The notes under the pieces were generated by a model, which had not been told where the DNA came from, searched no databases, and saw nothing but the letters and a program-made list of their open reading frames with translations. A stretch of DNA of 63,243 nt, filler included, from Reclinomonas americana ATCC 50394 (lineage: Eukaryota), in NCBI GenBank assembly GCA_048213135.1. It is 7 parts of 4 records of this genome, joined end to end, with 100 filler letters (N's around TTAATTAATTAA, not from the genome) between each part and the next. Parts side by side here need not be neighbours in the genome. Positions count along the whole stretch, not along the records: positions 53,017 to 62,006 come from PS015620.1; positions 62,107 to 63,243 come from PS015626.1; 5 more parts are not named here. The stretch is one strand, 5' to 3'. How positions within the stretch are numbered: the first letter of the stretch is position 1; each line of letters begins with the position of its first letter. This document shows positions 53,090-63,243 of this stretch, one piece after another. The position numbers and the translations under genes were made by a program.

Positions 53090-53761
53090 GGCACCAAGCA
53101 GTTCTCATTGCACAAGCTGGCCAAGGCCACCCTCGGCAGCGGTGACTTGCGAGCGGCTGTGGTGCTTCCACCCGGAGAGGAACTGAATGAGTGGTTGGCA
53201 GTCAACAGTTGAGCTCACAATTCGTCAATCCTCGCAAAGAACACTCTCCTTGCTCTCCTGTGCTCATTCCTCCTCTCTCCATCTGTTCCGTATTGGCGCA
53301 GCCATTGACTTTTACAACACGACCAACTTGTTGTACGGAAGCATCACTGAGTTTTGCGATGAGACCACGTGCCCGACGATGAATGCCGGTCCCAAGGTGC
53401 AGTTCACTCAGCAGCGTGTGTGGGGGGTGTTTTTTCCCTCCCCCCTCACGGTTGTTGTTTTGCAGTACGAGTACTTGTGGGCGGATGGCGACAAGGTGAA
53501 GAAGCCGGTAAAGGTGTCGGCACCGGAGTATGTCGAGCTGCTGATGCAATGGATTGGCGACACGGTGTCACAAGAAACCATCTTCCCCTCCAAGCCAGGT
53601 GAGCACACGTGCACTCACGAGCAGAGAGAGAGAGAGCAGGGAGCAGCTGTTCGTCATCATCCATACTCTCGATGCAAGTGACTGACTCTCTGTGGGCAGA
53701 TCAACCATTCCCACGCGACTTCTTGTCGATCGTCAAGAAGATCTTTAAGAGACTCTTCCGT
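53090..53761 (+). CDS. MOB1: MOB kinase activator (MOB1-like), partial
   Basis: [34 protein letters not shown]...[17 protein letters not shown]...SAPEYV...IFKRLFR. Confidence 0.93.
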
Positions 53762-53851
53762 NNNNNNNNNNNNNNNNNNNNCTCCCACTCTCACACACAC
53801 TTTCCTTGGCAGCAACGCGTGGCACTCACACACACTCTGTCACCACCCGCA

Positions 53852-55771
53852 GATGCGACCGATTCAATACCTGACCGAGGATCACAAGGTCCGCGTTCGA
53901 GAAATCCGCTCCATGACCTGGCTGCAGCACACTCGCGATGAGGTTGGTCGCGTTCTTTGTGTAGTGGAGAATGCCAACATCGTACTGTGTCCGTAGAAGC
54001 GATGGGGAAGGGCTTCTCTCGTTCCTTCGTTGATCGTTGTCTCTCTCTCTCTCCGTCGCCAGATCTACGACGGTGCCTACGAGCTGCTTCTCGATTCACC
54101 GCACATGCCACCGACGGTGCGCGTGGCCGACGTCATTTACGAGGTGCTCATGCGACGGCATGTGCACAAGAGCGTGGCGGATTTGGTGCGCTCGAGCTTG
54201 AGTGGCACACGCAGTTTTCCGTGGGGGGGCTGACGCGGTGATTTCTCCTTGCGTTGCAGGTGTGGTACGACATTGCGCAGGCGATTCGGCGGCGGGCCGT
54301 GGGCGAGGATCGATCGCTGCGCCAGCTTTATCGCTTTCTGCGGAATGTGAACACGGTGCCCGAGTTCATGTGCTACGCCTACGTGCGGGCGCTCACGGCG
54401 GCCAAGCTCGGTGCGCGAGACATTCAGTTGGCTGTGCCTGGTATCGATGTTGCGTGCCGTGCAATGCACGCCCACTCTCTTTTCCCCTCCCATCACATCT
54501 CATTGTGCGCGCAGTCCTCGTCGAGGAGAGTCGTGCACTTTGATCTGCCACTGGAGCTCGACGTGCACGACGTGACGGAGCAGCTGCTGCCGACACTGCG
54601 ACTGCTGCCCGGCCTAATTCCCGAGACCGCTGTGCAGCGCATCACCGCCTTTGTTGCGGAGAAGCAGCAGGCGCATGCGCATTTGGGAGCGCCGAGCACC
54701 GTTGCTGCGCACGATCTGCTGCAGCTGGTGCTGGAGCACGCCGACTACGACGCCATGTTTGCTGGCTCGGCGGCCGGTCTGCAGGACGCGGCACATGACT
54801 TGGTGTTGACCGGTTCGTTGTTGTCGCCACGGCATGTGCGGCGGTCGCATGTCGCCGGCGAGGAGTACGGCAGTGATCATCCGTCGTCGTTGCTGTCGGG
54901 CTCCTACGGCACCTCCGCGAAGCTGTCGCCGCCTGCGCCGCTGTCATTTAGCTCGTTCCAACAGCCGTCGCCACGGTTGCACCAGCAGCGGCAGGTGGAC
55001 TTTGACGACGGCGATGGTGGTACATTCGGCGAGTCTGCCGACGACGAGTACAATGTCGACAGTGACGACGATGATTACGATGGGGTGGAGGACGACAGCG
55101 GCGACGACGACGACGGTGACATGCAGCCAACTCGCACCATGCTGCCCATGTTTCCGGTGTGTGTGTGTGTGTGTGTTTTCTAGTGCCACCACTTGTTACT
55201 CTGTGTGGTATCCAGCACTCAACTGCCTCCTCCTCGCGCAGGATCACGACAAGATCACGCAAGATCTCTTTCGTGAACTCGAGTCGATTGTGGGACCCGG
55301 TCGCTTGACAGCACTTTCGACCGCGCGTGGCTCGTCGACCTCACCAGGCAGCAGGTGCGTGTTGCTTGTGCGCTCGTGTCGTTGTACTTGGCCAGTTGAG
55401 TATAACATTGTGCTGTTGCCAATGTGCAGTGTGCCGGTGCGACCGAAACCGCAGTCTGTTGCGGGCGGCCTCAGTCGTGAGTGACTACGTCAGCAGCATG
55501 CACTGCTGTGATATTTCTCTTCTCACCATCATCGATATGTGTGCGCGTGCGTCACAGCCGGGAGATCAAGTGGGGCCACGCGTGCTGGATCGGATGGGGT
55601 GAGTAGATCAAATATCCGTTCTCTCGCGCCTCGCTCTCACCACTCGCCGCACAGCCGGTGATGATTGACATTTCCGCCCCTCCACGGAATGAGTTGGCGG
55701 AGCGTGAGCAGTTTCTGCGGCAGGTGGAAACAGCGGCCGACGAACTCACCCGACGCGAATCAGAACGCGTG

Positions 55772-55807
<36 letters not shown>

Positions 55808-56829
55808 TTGGCGGTGCCGACGTTGCAAAAGACACCGGTTCGCTACTCTCACGTCTCTCGTGGAGAATTCTCGCATCTCATTGATACTCTCGTAGGATGG
55901 CGATACGACAAGAGGCGGCGGCGGTGGCGGCGGTGCGGGTGATGGTGGTGGCGGCAATAGTGGACCGACATCGCTCGAGTCATCGTTTGCCAGTCTCGGT
56001 GACGAACCGAGTCGCGAGTGGTCGTCGGTGGACGAGTCATTACTCGGCGGGGCAACTGCAGACGGCGGTGACGATGCCGGTCCGCTGCACTTTGACTCTG
56101 ATCTGTCGGCTCTCCGGCACACCTTCCAGCCGCTCAGCTCAGCTGGCGACAGTGGTGCCGGTGGCAGTGGTGGGTGGATGGAGAACGCGGGTGTGGTGAT
56201 CCGTGTGTGCTCATTACCTACCGCACACAGCTCCCACGTCATCGTTCCTCGAGCTGCCTGTCCCCGTATCGCAATCTCGAGAGTCGCCGCGATCGTCGGC
56301 ATCGTCCACGCCCTCGGCAGCTCGCATGCAGTCCATCCTCGAGGAGTACGATCGACTGAATGCCGAACGCAGCACACGTCGTCTCTCGTCGGAACCAGTA
56401 CCGCCGGCACGAAAGCACCCAGTTCTGCAGCCTATTGTTATGGAGACGGCAGCCTTGGTGGACTCGGCCACGTCGCCGGTAGAGCACCCGTCGTCCACTG
56501 GCTCCGACACCAGACCATCGCGATCGACCGCCAGCGGCGGAGTGGTCAACAGCGGCACGCAACCGAGTGATGACGATGGAGACGACGAACGAGAGGAGGG
56601 CGACGGCGGCGACGATGACGATGACGATGACGACGAGGGCGGCGACTTTGACAGCTACAGTTCCGAAGACGAGGAACTCACCGAGGCCGATTTGCTGGCG
56701 ATTCTCGAAGACGCCAAGTGGAAAGCCGAAATCGCCACGCTGGTCACCGAGGCTCGTGCTGAGTTTGAGCTAGAGCAAGACAGCGATCGCTTCGTGCGCC
56801 GGTACAGCTCGCAGTTCCCGTTGCAGTGA
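53852..56829 (+). CDS. Hypothetical multi-exon protein: helical N-terminal domain (weak resemblance to TSNAXIP1-type domains), acidic/low-complexity C-terminus
   Basis: In-frame spliced exons (IYDGAYELL...ADL|VWYDIAQAI...). Ends ...FVRRYSSQFPLQ*. Confidence 0.6.
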
Positions 56830-56887
56830 AACCATGATGCGTGTCAATTTCCCGCCCGCATTTTTGTTTTCCGTCGCAAACCACCCC

Positions 56888-57231
56888 ATGAGAGGAGCAC
56901 AGACTCTCATCGGCGTCGTCGTCGTCCTCGTCGTCACACTATGTGTGCTTGCCTCACGCGCCACCGCGCAACTCGGAGGTAAGAGCGTCGCAGCACATGA
57001 GTGTGACAGTGGGAGTTTGTGCACACTCACTTCTCTCTCTCTCGCAGGAGGCTTCGGTGGTGGCTCCCTCTTCTCGGGAGGCTCTCTGACGCTGCAGTAT
57101 CAACCACACTCGTTCCCCATTGCCGTGATCGCATACAACAGACCCGACTATCTGCGACGCACACTCGAATCGCTGTTGAAGGCAGACGGTGTCGACGCCA
57201 CACAGATTGTCATCTATCAGGCACGGATGTC

Positions 57232-57262
<31 letters not shown>

Positions 57263-59186
57263 AAGAGGCTGACGATGAGTTGTCTTGCGCGTGCAGGACG
57301 GCTATGATGAAGGCGTGGATCGCGTGGCGCAAGAGTTTGTCGCCTCGTACAGCATGCGACACGTGCAGCACCCGCGCGTGCTCATTCGCAGTGAGGGCGC
57401 CGAGTTCATCGCCGACATGTACGCGTTCGTGCTGGAGCATGTGTTTGGCGAGTTTCCGGAGACCAAGGCATGACGAGGGAGGAGAGGTGTCATGATGGTT
57501 TTTTCGTGCTGGCTGACTCGCTGGCGTGCTCGTGCACAGCATGCTATTATCATGGAGGATGATCTGGAGGTGGCCGCGGATATTTTGTGGTACTTTGCCA
57601 TGATGGCACCGCTGCTCGATCGTGAGGAGGGCGAGCACACGTCCGTGGAAGTCGACGCCACTGTCATGGCCATCAGCGCCTACAACGACAATGGCTTCGA
57701 GGGCCGTGTGCGCTTCTCGAATCAGATGCATCGCACCAACTATTTTGTCGGTGAGTTGCTTCACTTCGCTCTTGTGATTGGTGTGTGGACGTACGACTCA
57801 CCACCCCGCCACTTCTGCTGCAGGACTGGGTTGGCTGTGCAGTCGGTGGCTGGCGGAGGAGCTGTTGCCGCAATGGCCGAGTACGCATTGGGACATGTGG
57901 ATTCGCAAGTCGGCCATTGCAAAGAATCGTGTGACGCTGTATCCTGAAGTGAGTCTCCCTCGTTGTTGTGTGGGAGTTGGCTGCTGAGGTTGTCGCTGCT
58001 GCAGATCTCGCGCGTGTATCACTTTGGCGAGGTTGGCACGCACACTTCCCTCGTACCCACCACCATGTACTCGCGCATCGTGTTGGCCAGCAGTGCCGCC
58101 AGTTGCGTCGCTCTCATATTGTTGAGGGCCATAAACAATAGATCTCATGGTGAGTGGGCAGGAATTCTGGACTGGAGACGGTACCGGGAGGCGGACTATG
58201 ACGCCTTCCTGCAGCAGCAGTTGGTGTCGGCGGTGAGCGTGTCCACCATGGACGAACTGGAGGCCGTGGCCGACATGGTCACGTCACAGCCGTTGGTCAT
58301 GTGGCTCTCTCTCGGAAAAGACGAGGTTTCGTGCGCCACCACCTACCTACCTACCCTCCTCTCCATTCTCTTACATGACTGTCGGTGCAGGAAATATGGC
58401 AATTCGTCGCCAGTGTGTTTGAGCTGTGGCCCAACAGCAACCCTATTCGCAACTCGTACAAGGGTTCGTGGATACTGCGTGTGGGAGTGTATGTGTGCCC
58501 CTCGGTGGTCATTAGAGTTTGTGTGGCTTTCCTGGCTGCAGGTGTCATTCCGCTGTGGTATCGCGAGAGACGACTGTACTTTGTGCTGGACACGTCGCCG
58601 TTTGCCAGCCTGCGACCTGCTGTGGTCCCTGTGATTCCGGCCAACTACTGGCATCGGGTGCGCGTGTACTTTGTGTGGAAGATGCAGCGCCGTCACTGAC
58701 ACTCTCCACCACGCACCAGATGGAGTTGTCGCAGCTCAACGAGTCGTGCGAGGACGCCTGCTGGCGCCACAAGCTGCATTGTGTCGTTGCGCGCGTCCAC
58801 TAGCCGATTTCGTCTCTTCACTGACCCACCCAGTCTCACTCGAGTGTGCGGTGTGTCGCAGCCCGCGCTGTTCTTCGCCTTTAATCAGTGCGCATCGCTG
58901 CGCAAGATCTTTACGTGCGCCAGTTGCGTGGAGAAGAACGCCGACATGGGTCCGGGCTTTGAGATGCAGGTGCGCCATCGTGCATACGCTCCACAGGTTT
59001 CTTTCCTCACTTGCCGCTTAGGATCGGTCGTGCGTCGTCGACAGCGGCCTCGACGGCAGTCGCGAAAGCAACTGCTCACGTCGCAGTGCCACCTTTCATC
59101 AGCTGTGCCCGTGCGCCCGAGAAACACCCTCCGGCCGATGGACCCTGGTCTCCCGAGCACCTGCTCGCCCCACATCGCAATCATAG
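56888..59186 (+). CDS. GT13-family GlcNAc transferase (GnT-I/POMGNT1-like) with C-terminal Cys-rich domain
   Basis: Signal anchor, IAVIAYNRPDYLRRTLESLL, IIMEDDLEVAAD, ISAYNDNG, GLGW, WDMWIR, PEISRVYHFG. Confidence 0.88.
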
Positions 59187-59269
59187 ACTGCTACCAGCGT
59201 CGCATAAAAGAAGCAAAGTCATCTCGTTGTCCTTCGATCGTCCTCCTTCCCATCACACAGCGCCTTGAC

Positions 59270-61234
59270 ATGAGCCACGGCACTCCAAGGGGAGGCTCAG
59301 TGGCCATCAACAGCCCGTACACTGCGGGCAACTCGACGGCATTCCGCTCAGGGTCCACAGACGACATGCTGCGCATGGACGACGCCGGCAAGATCAACGA
59401 CAGTCTCACCCCTGTCGACGGTGACGATGAGAAGCTGGGCTTGCTGGTGCACGGGGAGCGTGACAGACGACCAGCGGAAAGCTCGTTGCGTGTTGGAGGG
59501 AGAGAGGGAGAGAGAGAAAGAATGTGTGCGTGTGTGTGTGTGACTGATGATGCGTGCTCGAGCAGATGGGCAATCGCACTCTTCAACTTTATCAAGTCGT
59601 TCATCGCCTCGGGCATTCTCGCCATGCCGTTCGCCTTCAAGCAGTCTGGCACACTGGTGAGTGGCGTGATGCACTGTCTGTCTCGTGCGTGTGTGTGTGT
59701 GCGTGTGTTGACACTCTCTCCCTCTCGCAGTTGGGCGTGATTCTGATGGTTGTGTGCACCGTCGGCGCCGGCTACTGCATGTTCCTGCTCATTGAGATCA
59801 CCAAGACGAAACCTATGGGAGTCATCAATGAGTACGCTCTTGTTGGCAAGCTGGCTTTTGGAGAGCTTGGCGTGCAAATGGTGACTGCGGAAGAACCAGC
59901 CAGAGCTGTAGGGAAGAGGCACTCACTCGGCCTTTTTGCAGATTGACGCGTTTCTGGTGCTGACTCAAGTCGGCTTTTGCTGCGCGTACATGATCTTCCT
60001 CGGCACCATCCTGTCGTCGCTCATTCCCGCCCTCAACCACTACGAGTGGATTCTGATTGCGTTGCCGGTGGTGATTCCGCTCAACTTTTTGCGCGATGTC
60101 CACAAGCTGGCGCCGTTCTCCATGGTTGCTCTCTGCTGCGCCATGGTGGCCATTGTTGTCGTGTCTGGTGAGTGTGTGTGTGTGTGTGTGTGTGTGCTGT
60201 GAACGAGAGCGTGTGCCATGTACTAACGGAGCGACAGTGTTTGCCGGCGAGCACATCACGTCGCTGCCGGCCGGCTGGGCCAAGACGCGCTCGTTGGCCA
60301 CTTGGAATTTCCCGGTGGCCATCGGCACCTTTGTGTACGCTGTCGAGGGCATTGGCCTGGTCATTCCCATCTACAACACGCTGCGCAACAAGGATCGCTA
60401 CCCGTCGATCATCATTGTCGGCATGGTGGTCATGTCGCTGCTCACCACTGGCTTTGGTTTCTTCGGGTACCTGGCGTACGGCGATCAAGACACCAAAGAC
60501 AACATCATCGACAGCATTCCCAGCCATAGTATCTTCACCAGTTGCGTGCGTACGGTGCATTTTCTTGCAAGATGAGCTGCGAACCAATTTACACTTGTGT
60601 GTGTGCGTGCACAGAAATCATCAAATACATTCTCTGCGTCGTGATGCTGTTCACGTGCGTGTGTCGTGTGGTTGCCAGTGTGTGTGTGTGTGCGCGCAGT
60701 CATGTGCGCTAACAGCATTGCCCTTCTTCACAGGTACCCCATGCAGATGAACCCGGTGCTGGATCTGACGGAGCGCCGTATCTTCCGCAAGTATCCGTGC
60801 GTATCTCAGTGCTCTCGTCTCTCTGTGTAATCGCGCTGGCGATCTTACCCTCTCGTTCTGCCCTGCAAGTGTGTTGGATCGACCAACGTGGTGGGTGAAT
60901 GCGTGGCGTGCGCTGCTCGTGGTGACCACGGCGCTGGTGGCCATGGGCATCCCGCATTTCGGCGACTTCATCTCGGTGATTGGCTCGGCCGGCAGCACCA
61001 TGCTCGCGTTCACTTTCCCCGCCCTCTTCCACTGGAAGGTGCTGCGCAATACGCTTTCGCTACGACAGGTATGTGTGTGCTTGTGCATTTGTGTTTACGA
61101 CGCTTGCTGATCCCCCCACCTGCCGGCTGCGACAGAAAATCATCGATTGGACTTTCGTGATTGTCGGCAGCATTTTGTGTGTCGTCTGCACCACGTTCTC
61201 GGTGTGGAACCTCGTCAAGGTTATGACATCGTAG
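59270..61234 (+). CDS. Amino acid transporter (Aa_trans, SLC36/38-like)
   Basis: FNFIKSFIASGILAMPFAF, QVGFCCAYMIF, VYAVEGIGLVIPI, GFFGYLAYG, FTYPMQ, AFTFPA. Multiple TM segments. Confidence 0.93.
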
Positions 61235-61446
61235 GTTTAGAGCGTGATCAATATTTTTGCCACCACGCCCCCCAAACAACAACAACTCATAGTGAATTCA
61301 TCATCATCAACAACACCCCTCCCTAAACAAACAACGAAAACAATCAACGAAAGAACAACAACAACATAACTCTAGCACAGCAACAAACAGGTTACAGATG
61401 CGACTACAGTTGTACAGCAGTGTGTGTGTGTGTGTGAGCCTGCTCG

Positions 61447-62006
61447 TCACGCCTCGACACCGACATCTTGCGGTGCATCGGCGGCCACTCCCAGCAACTC
61501 GGGCGACGCTGCTCCTGCGCCCTCCGACTCGTCATGTACAACAAAGTTGACCACTCCGTCGCTGGCCAGACGGAGTCGCTCAATGTGGTCGAGAACGCCA
61601 ACAGGAGGCAAGTTTCCTGCACGTCGTCGCCAGTAAGCAAAAAGCAACAAACAAGGGAAACAGAAGCAGCAACGCAACTCAGCGCGTACAACGAGCGCAG
61701 CGTGGGACACGACCGCGAGTATGCAACTCGCGCCAATGCCAGCGTGTGCATCCTGGCGCCACACACTGCCGCCACTCGCAGAGTGAGTACATGAGACACG
61801 CACGCGAGCGTCAATCATGTTGTACGCAACTCGAGGCCGCAAACTTGCGCAGTGAGCGGTTCTGAGCAACGCCCTCGGCGATTCTCACAATGTGCCTATT
61901 GAACGAGTTCTCTGTAGCAGCCAAATGACGTGAGCGGTACAATGGAGGAGAGATGTGAGGCGGGTTGCGACGCAGGACGCAACTCGAAATCGACATTTCT
62001 TCCAGG
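61447..62006 (-). CDS. RNI-like leucine-rich repeat protein, 3' exons only
   Basis: LEEMSIS-K-NSF...IAEGVAQNRSLRKFAAS-M-CG...LRSLYAL-R-N. Three introns at the same repeat position. Confidence 0.6.
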
Positions 62007-62106
62007 NNNNNNNNNNNNNNNNNNNNNNNNNNNNNNNNNNNNNNNNNNNNTTAATTAATTAANNNNNNNNNNNNNNNNNNNNNNNNNNNNNNNNNNNNNN
62101 NNNNNN

Positions 62107-62335
<229 letters not shown>

Positions 62336-62408
62336 TCTCCTCCCCCCCCCCCCACCCCCTCCTCCTCCTCTTCCTCCCCGGCTCATCCCCCTTCCCCTCT
62401 CTCCACAG

Positions 62409-62965
62409 GCTGCGGCGACGGCATCCTCCCCGAGATCGGCTTCTCCTACGACCCAGTGGATTTCCAGCGCGAAGGCAGTTGCGCAATCACTCTCGCCTTC
62501 TCTCCTCCGGCCCTCACTCACATCTTTCCTCTCTTTTCTCAGTCTCCTACTACAATCTGTGCTGGCGCGACATGACGGCACCCGACTACAACATTGTCAT
62601 GAACATTTGCCACCTGGCGGCCATGCATCGCGAGTACGACCAGAAAATCCTCGTGCACTGCCATGCGGGACTCGGTCGCACTGGCCTGGTGATTTCGTGC
62701 TTTCTCGTTTTCCACGAGGGCCTCTCGGCACAAGAGGCCATCACGCACACCAGAGCGAAGAGGTCGGGCCGCGTTGCATAGTTCTGTGTTCGCCCTTGTC
62801 GCTCACCACGCTGTGCAGACCCAAGTCCATTCAGACGCGCGGTCAAGTCCGTTTCGTGTATCGCTTTGCCGAGTATGTGTCGCTGCTGAGGCGCGTGTAC
62901 GAGGATGTGCCGGCCAAGCGAATGTCGCTGCATGGAATCATGGAGAAGCAGCGGATTCTTTGTTG
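62409..62965 (+). CDS. Protein tyrosine/dual-specificity phosphatase, PTPDC1-like, partial
   Basis: CGDGI...GFSYDP, YNLCWRDM, active site VHCHAGLGRTG, R|PKSIQTRGQ. Confidence 0.85.
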
Positions 62966-63243
62966 CGTGGGCTGCATGACAGCTCCTGTCGTTACCTCTC
63001 TCTCTCTCGTTTCCCGTTCTGGTTCTTTTTTCTCGCTCACGTCCTTCGCACCTTGCATCCCTCCTCTTTCTGCTCTCACAAGGCACCCTTTCACAACACC
63101 TTTTCTGTCTTCGTCTCCTTGCCCCATCCTTTCACGACTTCCACTTGTCGTCTCTCTTTCTACTCTCCCCTCACACTCCGTTTTCCTTTCCCTTTCCCTC
63201 TCCCTGTCGCACTTCCCCCGTATCCTTTCTTTTCTTCCCGCAC

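Noticed and set aside
53208..53301. Alternative reading of shifted donors as non-canonical G|TT donors
   Set aside because: It would need non-AG acceptors and would change conserved residues (MOB1 Thr). A GT cut with AG acceptor fits.

Overview
Gene-dense, GC-rich eukaryotic (protist-like) genomic scaffold. It has short spliceosomal introns (~60-100 nt), CA/GA microsatellites, N gaps and artificial TTAATTAATTAA gap linkers. Most ORF-track entries are exon fragments or antisense shadows. Manual splicing gives about 25 gene models: primase PRI1, a WD40-FN3-PB1-2xU-box ligase, cysteine dioxygenase head-to-head with cysteinyl-tRNA synthetase, a BTB protein, tandem FkbM methyltransferases, kinesin-14, GT2/GT77/GT13 glycosyltransferases, a START protein, MOB1, an amino-acid permease, an LRR protein and a PTPDC1-like phosphatase. 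Three observations stand out. (1) An abundant class of '+1-shifted' 5' splice sites (GTTGCG/GTTGAG, at least 25 sites), nearly always after a non-G exon end, alongside several GC donors. (2) A probable giant cadherin-like (22 or more repeats)-FN3-TM receptor built roughly one exon per domain. (3) Two low-complexity proteins sharing an apparently uncharacterised, RFX-like winged-helix domain. All exon boundaries are hand-inferred from reading frame and recalled protein motifs, with no transcript data.
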